Below are positions 10,384 to 17,491 of a stretch of 17,491 nucleotides of DNA, in pieces. The translations under genes and the position numbers were made by a program. The notes beneath the pieces were generated by a model. It saw only the letters and a list, made by a program, of their open reading frames with translations. It was not told the DNA's origin and did no database searches. The stretch spans positions 1 to 17,491 of the forward strand of contig JBGQHJ010000104.1 of assembly GCA_041497895.1 (NCBI GenBank), written 5' to 3'. Position 1 is the stretch's first letter. Each line of letters begins with the position of its first letter. This stretch comes from Candidatus Methylomirabilia bacterium (GTDB taxonomy: Bacteria > Methylomirabilota > Methylomirabilia > Rokubacteriales > CSP1-6).

Positions 10384-10457
10384 CCACACGTCTCGGGGAC
10401 AAATGGCCGGAACTGCGTACTTACCCGTAGTGGACCGCGCGCGGGCGGGCGCGCGAC

Positions 10458-10504
10458 TGCCAAACCATCGGGCATCGACGGCCGAGCTGCTGAATCTGGA
10501 GGCG
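10458..10504. promoter_or_regulatory. Two tandem NtrC-like upstream activator sites
   Basis: TGCCAAACCATCGGGCA (10458-10474) and TGCTGAATCTGGAGGCG (10488-10504) are 17-bp TGC-N11-GC(A/G) boxes 30 bp apart, centred about 110 and 140 bp upstream of the inferred sigma54 start site. Confidence 0.55.
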
Positions 10505-10506
10505 GC

Positions 10507-10536
10507 TTGACTCACGGCGGCGTTGTCCCCTAGTCT
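10507..10536 (+). promoter_or_regulatory. Putative sigma70 promoter for the glycosyltransferase cluster
   Basis: TTGACT-N18-TAGTCT, ending 9 nt before GTG 10546. Confidence 0.55.
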
Positions 10537-10545
10537 CGGGCGGCA

Positions 10546-11502
10546 GTGGATCCCGAGACCCAGATGGCCGTCGTCCTCGCCACGGACACCTACGAGACGG
10601 TCAGGCCCGTCGTCCGACGGCTCGGAGAACAGACGGTCAAGCACCGGCTCGAGGTCGTCATCGTCGCGCCCCTGCCGCCCGGCTCGCTCGACGCGCATCG
10701 TCAGGAGCTGGACGGCTTCGCGGCGGTGCGCTTCGTCCCGGTCGCTCCGTCGGCCGGCCTGGCCGCGGCCCGCGCGGTGGGGATCCGTGCGGCGACGGCG
10801 CCGCTCGTGTTCATCGGCGAGACCCACACCTACCCGCAGCCGGGCTGGGCGGCGGCCCTCCTCGCCGCCTTCGAGGGCCCGTGGGCCACGGTCGTGCCCG
10901 CCATCACCAACGCGAATCCCAGCGGGCCGGTGAGCTGGGCTGCCTACGTGTCGGACTACGGGCGCTGGGGCGAGGGGCGGGCGCCGGGCGAGATCCCGGA
11001 GGCGCTGATCTACAACGCCGCCTACCGGCGCCACGTCCTCGTCGAGCTGGGCGACGGGCTCGAGGCCGCGCTCGATACCTACTCGGAGGCGCTCTGGCCG
11101 GCGCTCCACCGCCACGGTCATCGCGCCTACTTCGAGCCCGGCGCGCGCATCGCCCACCTCAACGTGGGACGCCTGGGGCCCTACGTCCACGAGAAGCTGC
11201 TGGCCGGGTTCATCCTCGGCTCCCTGCGCGCCGCCCGGTGGCCGTGGTGGCGGCGGCTGCTCTACATCCTCGCCTCGCCGCTGATCGCGCTCGTGCTGGT
11301 GGCCCGCCTGCGGGAGCCGGCGCGCCGGATCGGCCGCGCACAGCGCCTGCCGCTCGGCACGAGGCCGATGATCGTCGTGGGCGCGGTGCTCCGGGCCGTC
11401 GGGGAAGCGGTGGCGTACGCGGGAGCCGCGCCTGCCTCCGCCGAGGCGCGAATGACCGAGATCGAGCTGCACAAGGTCGCCTACGCGAGCCGCAAGCGCT
11501 GA
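10546..11502 (+). CDS. Glycosyltransferase family 2 (GT-A fold)-like protein
   Basis: MAVVLAT...LEVVIV...AAARAVGIRAATAPLVFIGETH (DxD-equivalent), NAAYRR, FEPGARIAH, hydrophobic C-terminus. Start could be GTG 10546 or ATG 10564. Confidence 0.75.
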   Translation: MDPETQMAVVLATDTYETVRPVVRRLGEQTVKHRLEVVIVAPLPPGSLDAHRQELDGFAAVRFVPVAPSAGLAAARAVGIRAATAPLVFIGETHTYPQPGWAAALLAAFEGPWATVVPAITNANPSGPVSWAAYVSDYGRWGEGRAPGEIPEALIYNAAYRRHVLVELGDGLEAALDTYSEALWPALHRHGHRAYFEPGARIAHLNVGRLGPYVHEKLLAGFILGSLRAARWPWWRRLLYILASPLIALVLVARLREPARRIGRAQRLPLGTRPMIVVGAVLRAVGEAVAYAGAAPASAEARMTEIELHKVAYASRKR

Positions 11503-11530
11503 GGCGCGCCCGGCTCCCGTCGGCGTCGCG

Positions 11531-12553
11531 GTGCTCGGCTGCGGCACGCTCGCGTGCTGGGCCCATCTGCCGATCCTGGCCCGCCTGCCGGGCGCCCGGC
11601 TCGTGGCCGCCGCGGACCCGGACCCGGCCGCGCGGGCCCGGGCCCAGCGGATCACGAAGGGCCCGGTGCACGAGCGGGCGGACGATGCGATCGCCCGCGA
11701 CGACGTGGACGCGGTGATCATCACCTCGGCCACGCCCTCGCACGCGGCCCTGGCGGTGGCCGCCGCGCGCGCCGGCAAGCACGTCTACATCGAGAAACCG
11801 CTCGCCCTCGAGGCCGGCGAGGCGCGACGCGTGCTCTCGGCGGTGCGGGAAGCGCAGGTGGTCGGGGCGGTCGGGTTCAACTTCCGCGCCCATCCCCTGC
11901 ACCGCCGCGCGGCCGACCTGGTTCGAGCCGGCCGGCTCGGCGTCCTGCGCGCGGTGCAGACCGCGTTCTGCGAACCGGTCGTGGCCGGTCGCATGCCGGC
12001 GTGGAAGAGCCGGCGGGAGACCGGCGGCGGCGTCCTGCTCGATCTGGCCTCCCACCACGTCGACTCGCTGCGGTGGATGCTCTCGGACGAGGTGATCAGC
12101 GTCGACGAGGCCCGCATCGGCTCCCTCGAGACCGACCAGGACGTGGCCCGGTTGACCTTGACCCTGCGGAGCGGCTGCGACGTCCAGGCCTACTTCAGCT
12201 TCCGCACCGGGCCCGCCGACTACCTCGAGCTGATCGGCGACCGCGGGACGCTCCGGGTCGACCGCTACCGGAGCCGGCTCGATCTTCGGGTGGCCCGACG
12301 CTTCGGCTATGGCATGCGGGCGTCGTGGGTGCGCCCCGGCGCCGCGCTGGCGTCGCTCGCGGTGCGGCGCCTCGCCCGGCCGTCGTACGAGCCGTCCTTC
12401 CGGCTCTCGCTCGCCGCGTTCGTGGATCGTCTCCGCGGCGGGCCCGGGCCCGTGGCCAGCATCGAGGACGGCGCGCGCGCGCTCGCGGTGGTGCTGGCCG
12501 CCGAGCAGGCCGCCCGCACGGGCCGGCGCGTTCCCGTCGAGTCGATCGACTGA
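11531..12553 (+). CDS. Gfo/Idh/MocA family NAD(P)-dependent oxidoreductase
   Basis: (VGVAV)LGCG Rossmann motif, DVDAVII.SATPSH, GKHVYIEKPLA, VGFNFR, GGGVLLDLASHHVD. Start uncertain (see findings). Confidence 0.9.
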   Translation: MLGCGTLACWAHLPILARLPGARLVAAADPDPAARARAQRITKGPVHERADDAIARDDVDAVIITSATPSHAALAVAAARAGKHVYIEKPLALEAGEARRVLSAVREAQVVGAVGFNFRAHPLHRRAADLVRAGRLGVLRAVQTAFCEPVVAGRMPAWKSRRETGGGVLLDLASHHVDSLRWMLSDEVISVDEARIGSLETDQDVARLTLTLRSGCDVQAYFSFRTGPADYLELIGDRGTLRVDRYRSRLDLRVARRFGYGMRASWVRPGAALASLAVRRLARPSYEPSFRLSLAAFVDRLRGGPGPVASIEDGARALAVVLAAEQAARTGRRVPVESID

Positions 12554-12564
12554 GCTCCCGGGAG

Positions 12565-13785
12565 ATGCGGGTCCTCCTCGTGACCGACTGGGTGCGCGCG
12601 CGCGGCGGCGTGGAGGCCTACACCGCGTGGCTCCGCGCCGGCCTCGCGGGCGCCGGCGACGAGGTCCGCCTCCTCACGAGCACCGTCGGCTCGGCCGGCG
12701 ACGGCCTCGCCGAGTTCCGCGCGTGGGGCACGGAGCGGCGGGCGGGCCAGGCCCTCCTGCAGATCGTGAATCCGTTCGCGGTCGCGCAGGTGCACCGGGC
12801 CCTCCGGGTGTTCCGCCCCGAGGTGGCGCTGGTGAACACCTTCGCCTCGCACCTCTCGCCCGCGATCCTGCGCCCGCTGCGCGCCGTGCCCACCGTCCTC
12901 AGCCTGCACGACTACAAGGTGGTCTGCCCGACCGGCTGCAAGCTGCTCCCCGACGGGCAGCGATGCCAGGTCCAGGCCGGCGTCGTGTGCTGGCGGGGAG
13001 GTTGCCTCACTTTGCCCCACTGGCTGCGGGATCAACCGCGCTACGCGCTCATCCGCGCGGGGCTGCGCTCCGCCGACCGGATCGTGGTCGGCAGCCGGTG
13101 GATGCAGGACGAGCTCGCGCGCTACGGGGTCCAGGCCGAGCACGTGCCGCTGCCGATTCCCGCGCCCGGCCCCTCGTTTCGACGCCGGCCCGCCGACGCG
13201 CCGACGTTCGTCTTCTGCGGGCGGCTGCAGCCGGAGAAGGGCGTCCCGCTGCTGCTGCGGGCCTTCGCGCGCCTCCACCGGGACATGCCGTCCGCGCGGC
13301 TGCGGATCGTCGGCCGTGGCCCCGACGCCCCGGCCATCGCGAGCCTCATCGAAGCGCTGGCGCTCGGCGACGCGGTCTCGATGCTGGACTGGCTCGAGCC
13401 GGCCGCGCTCGAAGCCCAGCTCGCGGACGCCTGGGCCCTGGTCGCGCCGTCTCTCTGGGCGGAGCCGCTGGGCTTCGTGGCGCTCGAGGCCATCGTCCGG
13501 GACGTCCCGGTGATCGCGAGCGAGCTCGGCGGCTTCGGTGAGACGATCGAGCGCGGCACGAGCGGGCTGCTCTTTCCCAACCGGGACGAGACCGCGCTCC
13601 ACGACCAGCTGCGCCGCGTCGCCCGCCGCGAGGTCTTTCCCACCCACTCCCTGCCCGCGCAGGCGCGGCGTCGGGTGGCGGATCGGCACGACCTCGCGCG
13701 CCACGTCGAGCACGTGCGGGGGATCTTCCGCGAGATGGCCGACCTCAAGGCTGGCCGGCAATGCCCTCGTCGCGATAGGCCATGA
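12565..13785 (+). CDS. Glycosyltransferase family 4 (GT-B)
   Basis: C-terminal part of track ORF 11554..13785. MRVLLVTD...GGVE, SLHDYKVVCP, FCGRLQPEKG, PSLWAEPLGFVALEA, PVIASELGG. Confidence 0.9.
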   Translation: MRVLLVTDWVRARGGVEAYTAWLRAGLAGAGDEVRLLTSTVGSAGDGLAEFRAWGTERRAGQALLQIVNPFAVAQVHRALRVFRPEVALVNTFASHLSPAILRPLRAVPTVLSLHDYKVVCPTGCKLLPDGQRCQVQAGVVCWRGGCLTLPHWLRDQPRYALIRAGLRSADRIVVGSRWMQDELARYGVQAEHVPLPIPAPGPSFRRRPADAPTFVFCGRLQPEKGVPLLLRAFARLHRDMPSARLRIVGRGPDAPAIASLIEALALGDAVSMLDWLEPAALEAQLADAWALVAPSLWAEPLGFVALEAIVRDVPVIASELGGFGETIERGTSGLLFPNRDETALHDQLRRVARREVFPTHSLPAQARRRVADRHDLARHVEHVRGIFREMADLKAGRQCPRRDRP

Positions 13786-14260
13786 AGACGTCGGCGCTGA
13801 AGCACGCGAAGATCACCTGCCGGATGGTCCCGGGCCTGGCCGTCGCCGCCCGCACCGCCTCCACCGCGATCCGGGTCGCCGGCCCGAGCGGGTAGCCGAA
13901 GATCCCGGTGCTGATCGCCGGGAACGCCACGCTCCGGACCTCGTGCTCCTGGGCGAGGCGAATCGACGCGCGATAGGCCGACGCGAGCAGGTCGGGCTCT
14001 CCCGCGGCGCCGCCCCGCCAGTACGGCCCCACCGCGTGGATGACGTACCGCGCCGGGAGGCGAAAGCCCGGGGTGATGCGCGCCTCGCCGGTGGGACAGC
14101 CGCCGGCCGCGGCGCACGCGGCGGCCAGCTCGGGACCCGCCTTGGCGTGGATGGCCCCGCACACGCCGCCGCCCGCCGCGAGCATCTCGTTGGCCGCGTT
14201 GACGATGGCGTCCACCCTCAGCGTGGTGATGTCGACCATCCGCGCGATCAGCTCGAGCAT
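13745..14260 (-). CDS. Macrodomain protein (O-acetyl-ADP-ribose deacetylase / ADP-ribosylhydrolase, YmdB-like)
   Basis: DITTLRVDAIVNAAN..LAAGGGVCGAIH..AG, ARYVIHAVGP, SVAFPAISTGIFGYP. Confidence 0.93.
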   Translation of the reverse strand: MLELIARMVDITTLRVDAIVNAANEMLAAGGGVCGAIHAKAGPELAAACAAAGGCPTGEARITPGFRLPARYVIHAVGPYWRGGAAGEPDLLASAYRASIRLAQEHEVRSVAFPAISTGIFGYPLGPATRIAVEAVRAATARPGTIRQVIFACFSADVFMAYRDEGIAGQP

Positions 14261-14278
14261 GCCCGGGCCCTCCGCCCG

Positions 14279-14770
14279 TCAGGAGGACGGCGCGCGTGAC
14301 ACCCGCGCGCGGTGAGCCCGGTACCGCGGGTCCACCCGCCACCCGCGACGCGAGGGCACGAGCCGCGCGAGCGCGATCCGGGCGGGCCCGGGCGGCGTGC
14401 GCGCCGGCTCCCTGTCCTCGTAGGCGAGCACCCACCCCTCCTCGACGCGGGTGCAGACGGGCGGATCGCCGACCGGGTCCGTGTCGCGCTCGGCGAAGGC
14501 CACCGTCAGGTAGCAGGGCCCGGCCGAGGTGGGCAGCGCGCGGTGCGCGGGCTCGCAGATCTCGACCTCGTTGCCGAGCCCGTCGATCGCGAGCCCCGGC
14601 GCCACCACGACCTTCTCCCGGCTCACCGAGACCGCGAGCCCCCCGACCACGCCCCAGCCGTGCAGCCACCGGTTGTGCCGGCGGAGCCGGTCGCGCGTGT
14701 AATCCTGCTCGGCCTGGAAGTCGGCGGCCGAGAGGAGCTGGCCCGAGAAGTACCGCACCCGCTTGGTCAT
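14279..14770 (-). CDS. Hypothetical protein resembling the N-terminal domain of phage/eCIS tail-fibre or baseplate-associated proteins
   Basis: RVRYFSGQLLSAADFQAEQDY..DRLRRHNRWLHGWGVVGGLAV...VVVAPGLAIDGLGNEV pattern, recognised from memory. ATGA-coupled to the upstream gene. Confidence 0.6.
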   Translation of the reverse strand: MTKRVRYFSGQLLSAADFQAEQDYTRDRLRRHNRWLHGWGVVGGLAVSVSREKVVVAPGLAIDGLGNEVEICEPAHRALPTSAGPCYLTVAFAERDTDPVGDPPVCTRVEEGWVLAYEDREPARTPPGPARIALARLVPSRRGWRVDPRYRAHRARVSRAPSS

Positions 14771-15099
14771 CGGCCGTCGCGCGACGGGCGCGCGTCACCG
14801 TTCGCCGGCAGCGGATCGGCCAGGAGCCAGACGCCGGCCGCGACCAGGACCGTGGCGCACGCCACCGTGAGCGCGAGACGCCGGCCGTGCCACAGGCTGC
14901 CGAGCCATCGCATGAGCTCCGCGGCCAGCACGTTCGCCTTGCCGCCGTAGAGCTCCATCTGGCGCTGGTACTGCTTGGAGTCGGTGGGATCCTCGCCCGA
15001 GGCGTCGCCGGGCGCGAGCGCGGCGGCCACGTAGATCCAGAGCGCGCTCCCGAGGCCCAGCACCAGGATCACCACCGCGATGAGGCCGGAGTTCCTCAC
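14767..15099 (-). CDS. Small two-TM membrane protein of unknown function
   Basis: Hydrophobic N- and C-terminal helices flank DSKQYQRQMELYGGKANVLA. GC3-biased codons; coupled to the next gene. Confidence 0.7.
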   Translation of the reverse strand: MRNSGLIAVVILVLGLGSALWIYVAAALAPGDASGEDPTDSKQYQRQMELYGGKANVLAAELMRWLGSLWHGRRLALTVACATVLVAAGVWLLADPLPANGDARPSRDGR

Positions 15100-15105
15100 T
15101 CGACG

Positions 15106-15135
15106 ACCTTAGGCGCAGGGAGGACCGGCCGTCAA
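15106..15135 (-). promoter_or_regulatory. Putative sigma70 promoter giving a leaderless mRNA
   Basis: TTGACG-N18-TAAGGT ending 6 nt before GTG 15099. Confidence 0.55.
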
Positions 15136-15159
15136 CCCCGGCCGCCGCCGGGCCGTCGC

Positions 15160-15188
15160 TTGAGATCGGCGCGCCCGCGTGTCACCAT
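15160..15188 (+). promoter_or_regulatory. Putative sigma70 promoter for the uORF and AhpD-like gene
   Basis: TTGAGA-N17-CACCAT with TG at the extended -10 position. Confidence 0.4.
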
Positions 15189-15225
15189 CGGCGCCGGCGC
15201 CACCAGCGCGCGAAAGGAGACCGCC

Positions 15226-15270
15226 ATGATCGCAGTGTTCGTCACGTTCCGCTACGAGAACGCGCGATGA
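15226..15270 (+). CDS. 14-aa upstream ORF MIAVFVTFRYENAR (leader peptide or gene remnant)
   Basis: Strong SD GAAAGGAG before ATG 15226. Its TGA overlaps the ATG of the next gene (ATGA, 15267-15270). Confidence 0.55.
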   Translation: MIAVFVTFRYENAR

Positions 15271-15842
15271 CCGCCGCGTCGATCAGCCGCTTCCCGGTGC
15301 CCGACCCGGCCACCCTGCCCGCCGACATGCGGGAGGTCATCGAGGCGACCGCGAAGAAGACCGGCTTCGTCCCGAACGTGTTCCTGGCCTACGCCTGGAA
15401 GCCGGATCAGTTCCGCGCGTTCTTCCAGTACTACGACGCGCTGATGCGGGGGGAGTCCGGCCTGTCGCGCGCGGAGCGCGAGATGATCGTGGTCGCGGTC
15501 AGCGCGGTCAACGCGTGCACCTACTGAACGGTGGCCCACGGAGCGGCGCTCCGTATCCTGAGCAAGAAGCCCCACCTCGCCGACCAGGTCACCGCGAACT
15601 ACCGGCACGCCGACCTGACCCCGCGCGAGCGGGCCATGCTCGACTTCGCGGTCAAGGTGACGACCAGCTCCGCGGCCGTCGAGCCGGCCGACCTGGACGC
15701 GATGCGCGGGCACGGCTTCAGCGACTCCGACATCTGGGACATCGGCGCGGTCGCCGCGTTCTTCAACCTCTCGAACCGGATGGCGAACGTGGCGGGCATG
15801 CGCCCCAACCCCGAGTTCTACACCATGGGCCGCGGTCAGTAG
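15267..15842 (+). CDS. AhpD/carboxymuconolactone-decarboxylase-family peroxidase-related enzyme, probable selenoprotein (C84-x-x-U87)
   Basis: Track ORFs 15267..15527 and 15531..15842 are in the same frame, separated by TGA 15525-15527: ...GFVPNVF...LSRAEREMIVVAVSAVNACTY(U)TVAHGAALR...LTPRERAMLDFAVKVT...AAFFNLSNRMAN. Gives 191 aa if read through. Confidence 0.85.
15538..15554 (+). promoter_or_regulatory. Bacterial SECIS-like stem-loop
   Basis: ACGGAGC-GGC-GCTCCGT: 7-bp perfect stem with a G-first loop, starting at the 11th nt after the UGA. Confidence 0.7.
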
Positions 15843-16714
15843 CCCTTCCGCCGGGTGCGGAGCGCGCGATAGCGGGCGGGCGTCAGCCCGAACGCGGCCT
15901 TGAACACCCGGGTGAGGTGCGCCTGGTCCGCGAACCCGGCCTCGAGGGCCACGTCCGCCAGCGGGCGCCCGCGGTGAATCCCCTCCCGCGCCAGGTCCAG
16001 CCGGCGCATGAGCAGGTAGCGGTACGGGCTCGTGCCGAACACGACCCGGAACTGGCGGGCCAGGTCGTAGCGCGTCAGGCCGGTGAGCGCTTCGAGCTCC
16101 GTGGAGCGCACCACGCGTGTCCGCTCGGCGTCCAGGAACTGGCGCGCGCGCTCGAGGGCCGACACGTTCACGCGCCGTGACGGCGCCGGCCGAGCGCCGC
16201 TGCCCTCCGCGGCCAGCAGGCCCCCGGCCAGGTCGGCGACGAGGGTGTCGACCGCCAGGGGCTCGAGCGGGTCCTCGAAGGCTCTCCGGACCGCCCCCGC
16301 CAGGAGGCCGTTCAGCGATACGGGCTCGCGGACGAACGGCAGCGGACCGGGCCGCCCGCGGAGGCCCCGGAGCGCGTCGGCCAGCCGCGCGGGCTCCACG
16401 TAGACGATCCGGTAGCCGAAGCCGTCGGCGGTGCCCGCGCGGCCATCGTGCACCTCGTCCGGGTGGAGCACGACGACCTGCCCGGGCGTGCTCACCCGCT
16501 CCGCCCCTCGATAGTCGAACGCCTGGATGCCGCGGTCGGTCAGGCCGATGGCGTAGGTGTCGTGGCGATGCTTGTGATACGCCTCGCCCGCGAACCACGC
16601 GCGGAACCGCTCCACGCCGCCGACCGGCCCGTCGCCGGTGATCCAGCCGCCGGCCGGCGACCGACACGATCGTTCAAGACCTTCCCCGCCGGATCTGGTC
16701 TGCTCAGATCGCAT
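15836..16714 (-). CDS. AraC family transcriptional regulator
   Basis: Cupin-like HRHDTYAIG...LHPDEVHDG and C-terminal HTH LARQFRVVFGTSPYRY...LADVALEAGFADQAHLTRVFKAAFGLTPARYR. Exact start uncertain. Confidence 0.92.
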   Translation of the reverse strand: MRSEQTRSGGEGLERSCRSPAGGWITGDGPVGGVERFRAWFAGEAYHKHRHDTYAIGLTDRGIQAFDYRGAERVSTPGQVVVLHPDEVHDGRAGTADGFGYRIVYVEPARLADALRGLRGRPGPLPFVREPVSLNGLLAGAVRRAFEDPLEPLAVDTLVADLAGGLLAAEGSGARPAPSRRVNVSALERARQFLDAERTRVVRSTELEALTGLTRYDLARQFRVVFGTSPYRYLLMRRLDLAREGIHRGRPLADVALEAGFADQAHLTRVFKAAFGLTPARYRALRTRRKGY

Positions 16715-16725
16715 GGAGGTGGCAC

Positions 16726-17322
16726 ATGACGACGGAGCAAGCGGTGGCCTTCCTGCTCTTCGCGGTGGTGGCGGCGGTGACCCCGGGACCGAGCAACGTC
16801 ATGCTGACCGCGGCGGGCGCGAACGCGGGCGTCCTGCGGGGGCTGCCGTGCCTGCTGGGCGTCATCGTCGGCATGGGGCTCATGATGTTCCTGGTGCCGC
16901 TGGGGCTGGGGAGCCTCGTCCTCGCCCATCCGCTCGTGCTCCGGATCCTCAACTGGGGCGGCGCCGCCTTCCTCCTCTGGCTAGCGTGGAAGATCGCCAT
17001 GTCGGCGAGCCTCGACGCGACCACCGGCGGCGATCCGGTCGGCTTCGTCGGCGCGGCCCTCTTTCAATGGATCAACCCGAAATCGTGGCTCGTGGCCGCG
17101 AGCGCGGCCGGCACCTTCCTCCACGCCGACGCGGGGAGCCCGCTCGGGCAGGCCGCGGGCCTCGGCGGGCTGTTCGCGGCGGCGGTGCTGCCGAGCGGCT
17201 TCGTCTGGCTCGCGTTCGGGGCCACCGTCCATCACGTCCTCCGGACCCGGCGGCGCCTGCGCGCCTTCAACATCACGATGGGCGTCCTGCTCGCGCTCTC
17301 GATCGTCCTGATCGTGCGGTAG
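16726..17322 (+). CDS. LysE/RhtB family amino-acid efflux translocator
   Basis: TPGPSN motif, GAAFLLWLAWKI, FQWINPKSW, about 6 TM helices. SD GGAGG; divergent from the AraC gene. Confidence 0.92.
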   Translation: MTTEQAVAFLLFAVVAAVTPGPSNVMLTAAGANAGVLRGLPCLLGVIVGMGLMMFLVPLGLGSLVLAHPLVLRILNWGGAAFLLWLAWKIAMSASLDATTGGDPVGFVGAALFQWINPKSWLVAASAAGTFLHADAGSPLGQAAGLGGLFAAAVLPSGFVWLAFGATVHHVLRTRRRLRAFNITMGVLLALSIVLIVR

Positions 17323-17359
17323 CGCCCACGGTCCCGGCCGGCCGGGGCCGCGCTACCGC
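17316..17359. terminator. GC-rich hairpin between convergent genes
   Basis: Outer arms GCGGTAGCGC/GCGCTACCGC (spanning both stop codons) enclose the near-palindrome CGGTCCCGGCCGGCCGGGGCCG. No U-tract. Confidence 0.5.
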
Positions 17360-17491
17360 CCCTGGAACTTCGGCGGCCGCTTGTCCTTGAAGGCCTGCAC
17401 GCCTTCCTTGTGATCCGCGGTCTCGCGCACCACCGCCATGTGCGAGGAGACCAGGTCGAGGTGCGTGCGCAGGTCGAGACGCATGGACTGG
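17353..17491 (-). CDS. Enoyl-CoA hydratase/isomerase family protein, C-terminal fragment (5' end outside window)
   Basis: Manual translation ...QSMRLDLRTHLDLVSSHMAVVRETADHKEGVQAFKDKRPPKFQGR*, a typical crotonase C-terminus. Confidence 0.85.
   Translation of the reverse strand, partial: QSMRLDLRTHLDLVSSHMAVVRETADHKEGVQAFKDKRPPKFQGR

Noticed and set aside
10334..10402. Extended nirA N-terminus from the track start at 10402
   Set aside because: It would run through the sigma54 promoter, and NirA similarity begins at MNKIEELK (10333).
12907..13010. Cys cluster in the GT4 protein as a novel metal domain
   Set aside because: An HDY-x-x-x-CP...C...C...C insert is common in this GT4 subgroup.

Overview
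Very GC-rich (roughly 70%+ by eye) bacterial chromosomal window with about 23 genes. Left to right: a translationally coupled minus-strand operon (acyl-CoA synthetase, PaaI thioesterase, ATC-hydrolase-family protein); a type II lumazine synthase (ribH2); a NIPSNAP protein; a decayed DUF222/HNH endonuclease gene; an enoyl-CoA hydratase; a DinB protein; a nitrite-assimilation operon (nirA fused to a Rieske domain, nirC-like FNT channel, two siroheme synthesis genes) with a clear sigma54 promoter and tandem NtrC-like sites; a GT2 / Gfo-Idh-MocA / GT4 cluster; a membrane protein / eCIS-tail-like domain / macrodomain operon; an AhpD/CMD peroxidase-related gene; a divergent AraC-LysE pair; and the 3' end of another enoyl-CoA hydratase. 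The strongest hidden signal is that the AhpD-like gene, split in the ORF track, has an in-frame UGA at the second Cys of its CxxC motif followed by a SECIS-like hairpin, so it is a probable selenoprotein. Family calls come from motif recognition, not database searches.
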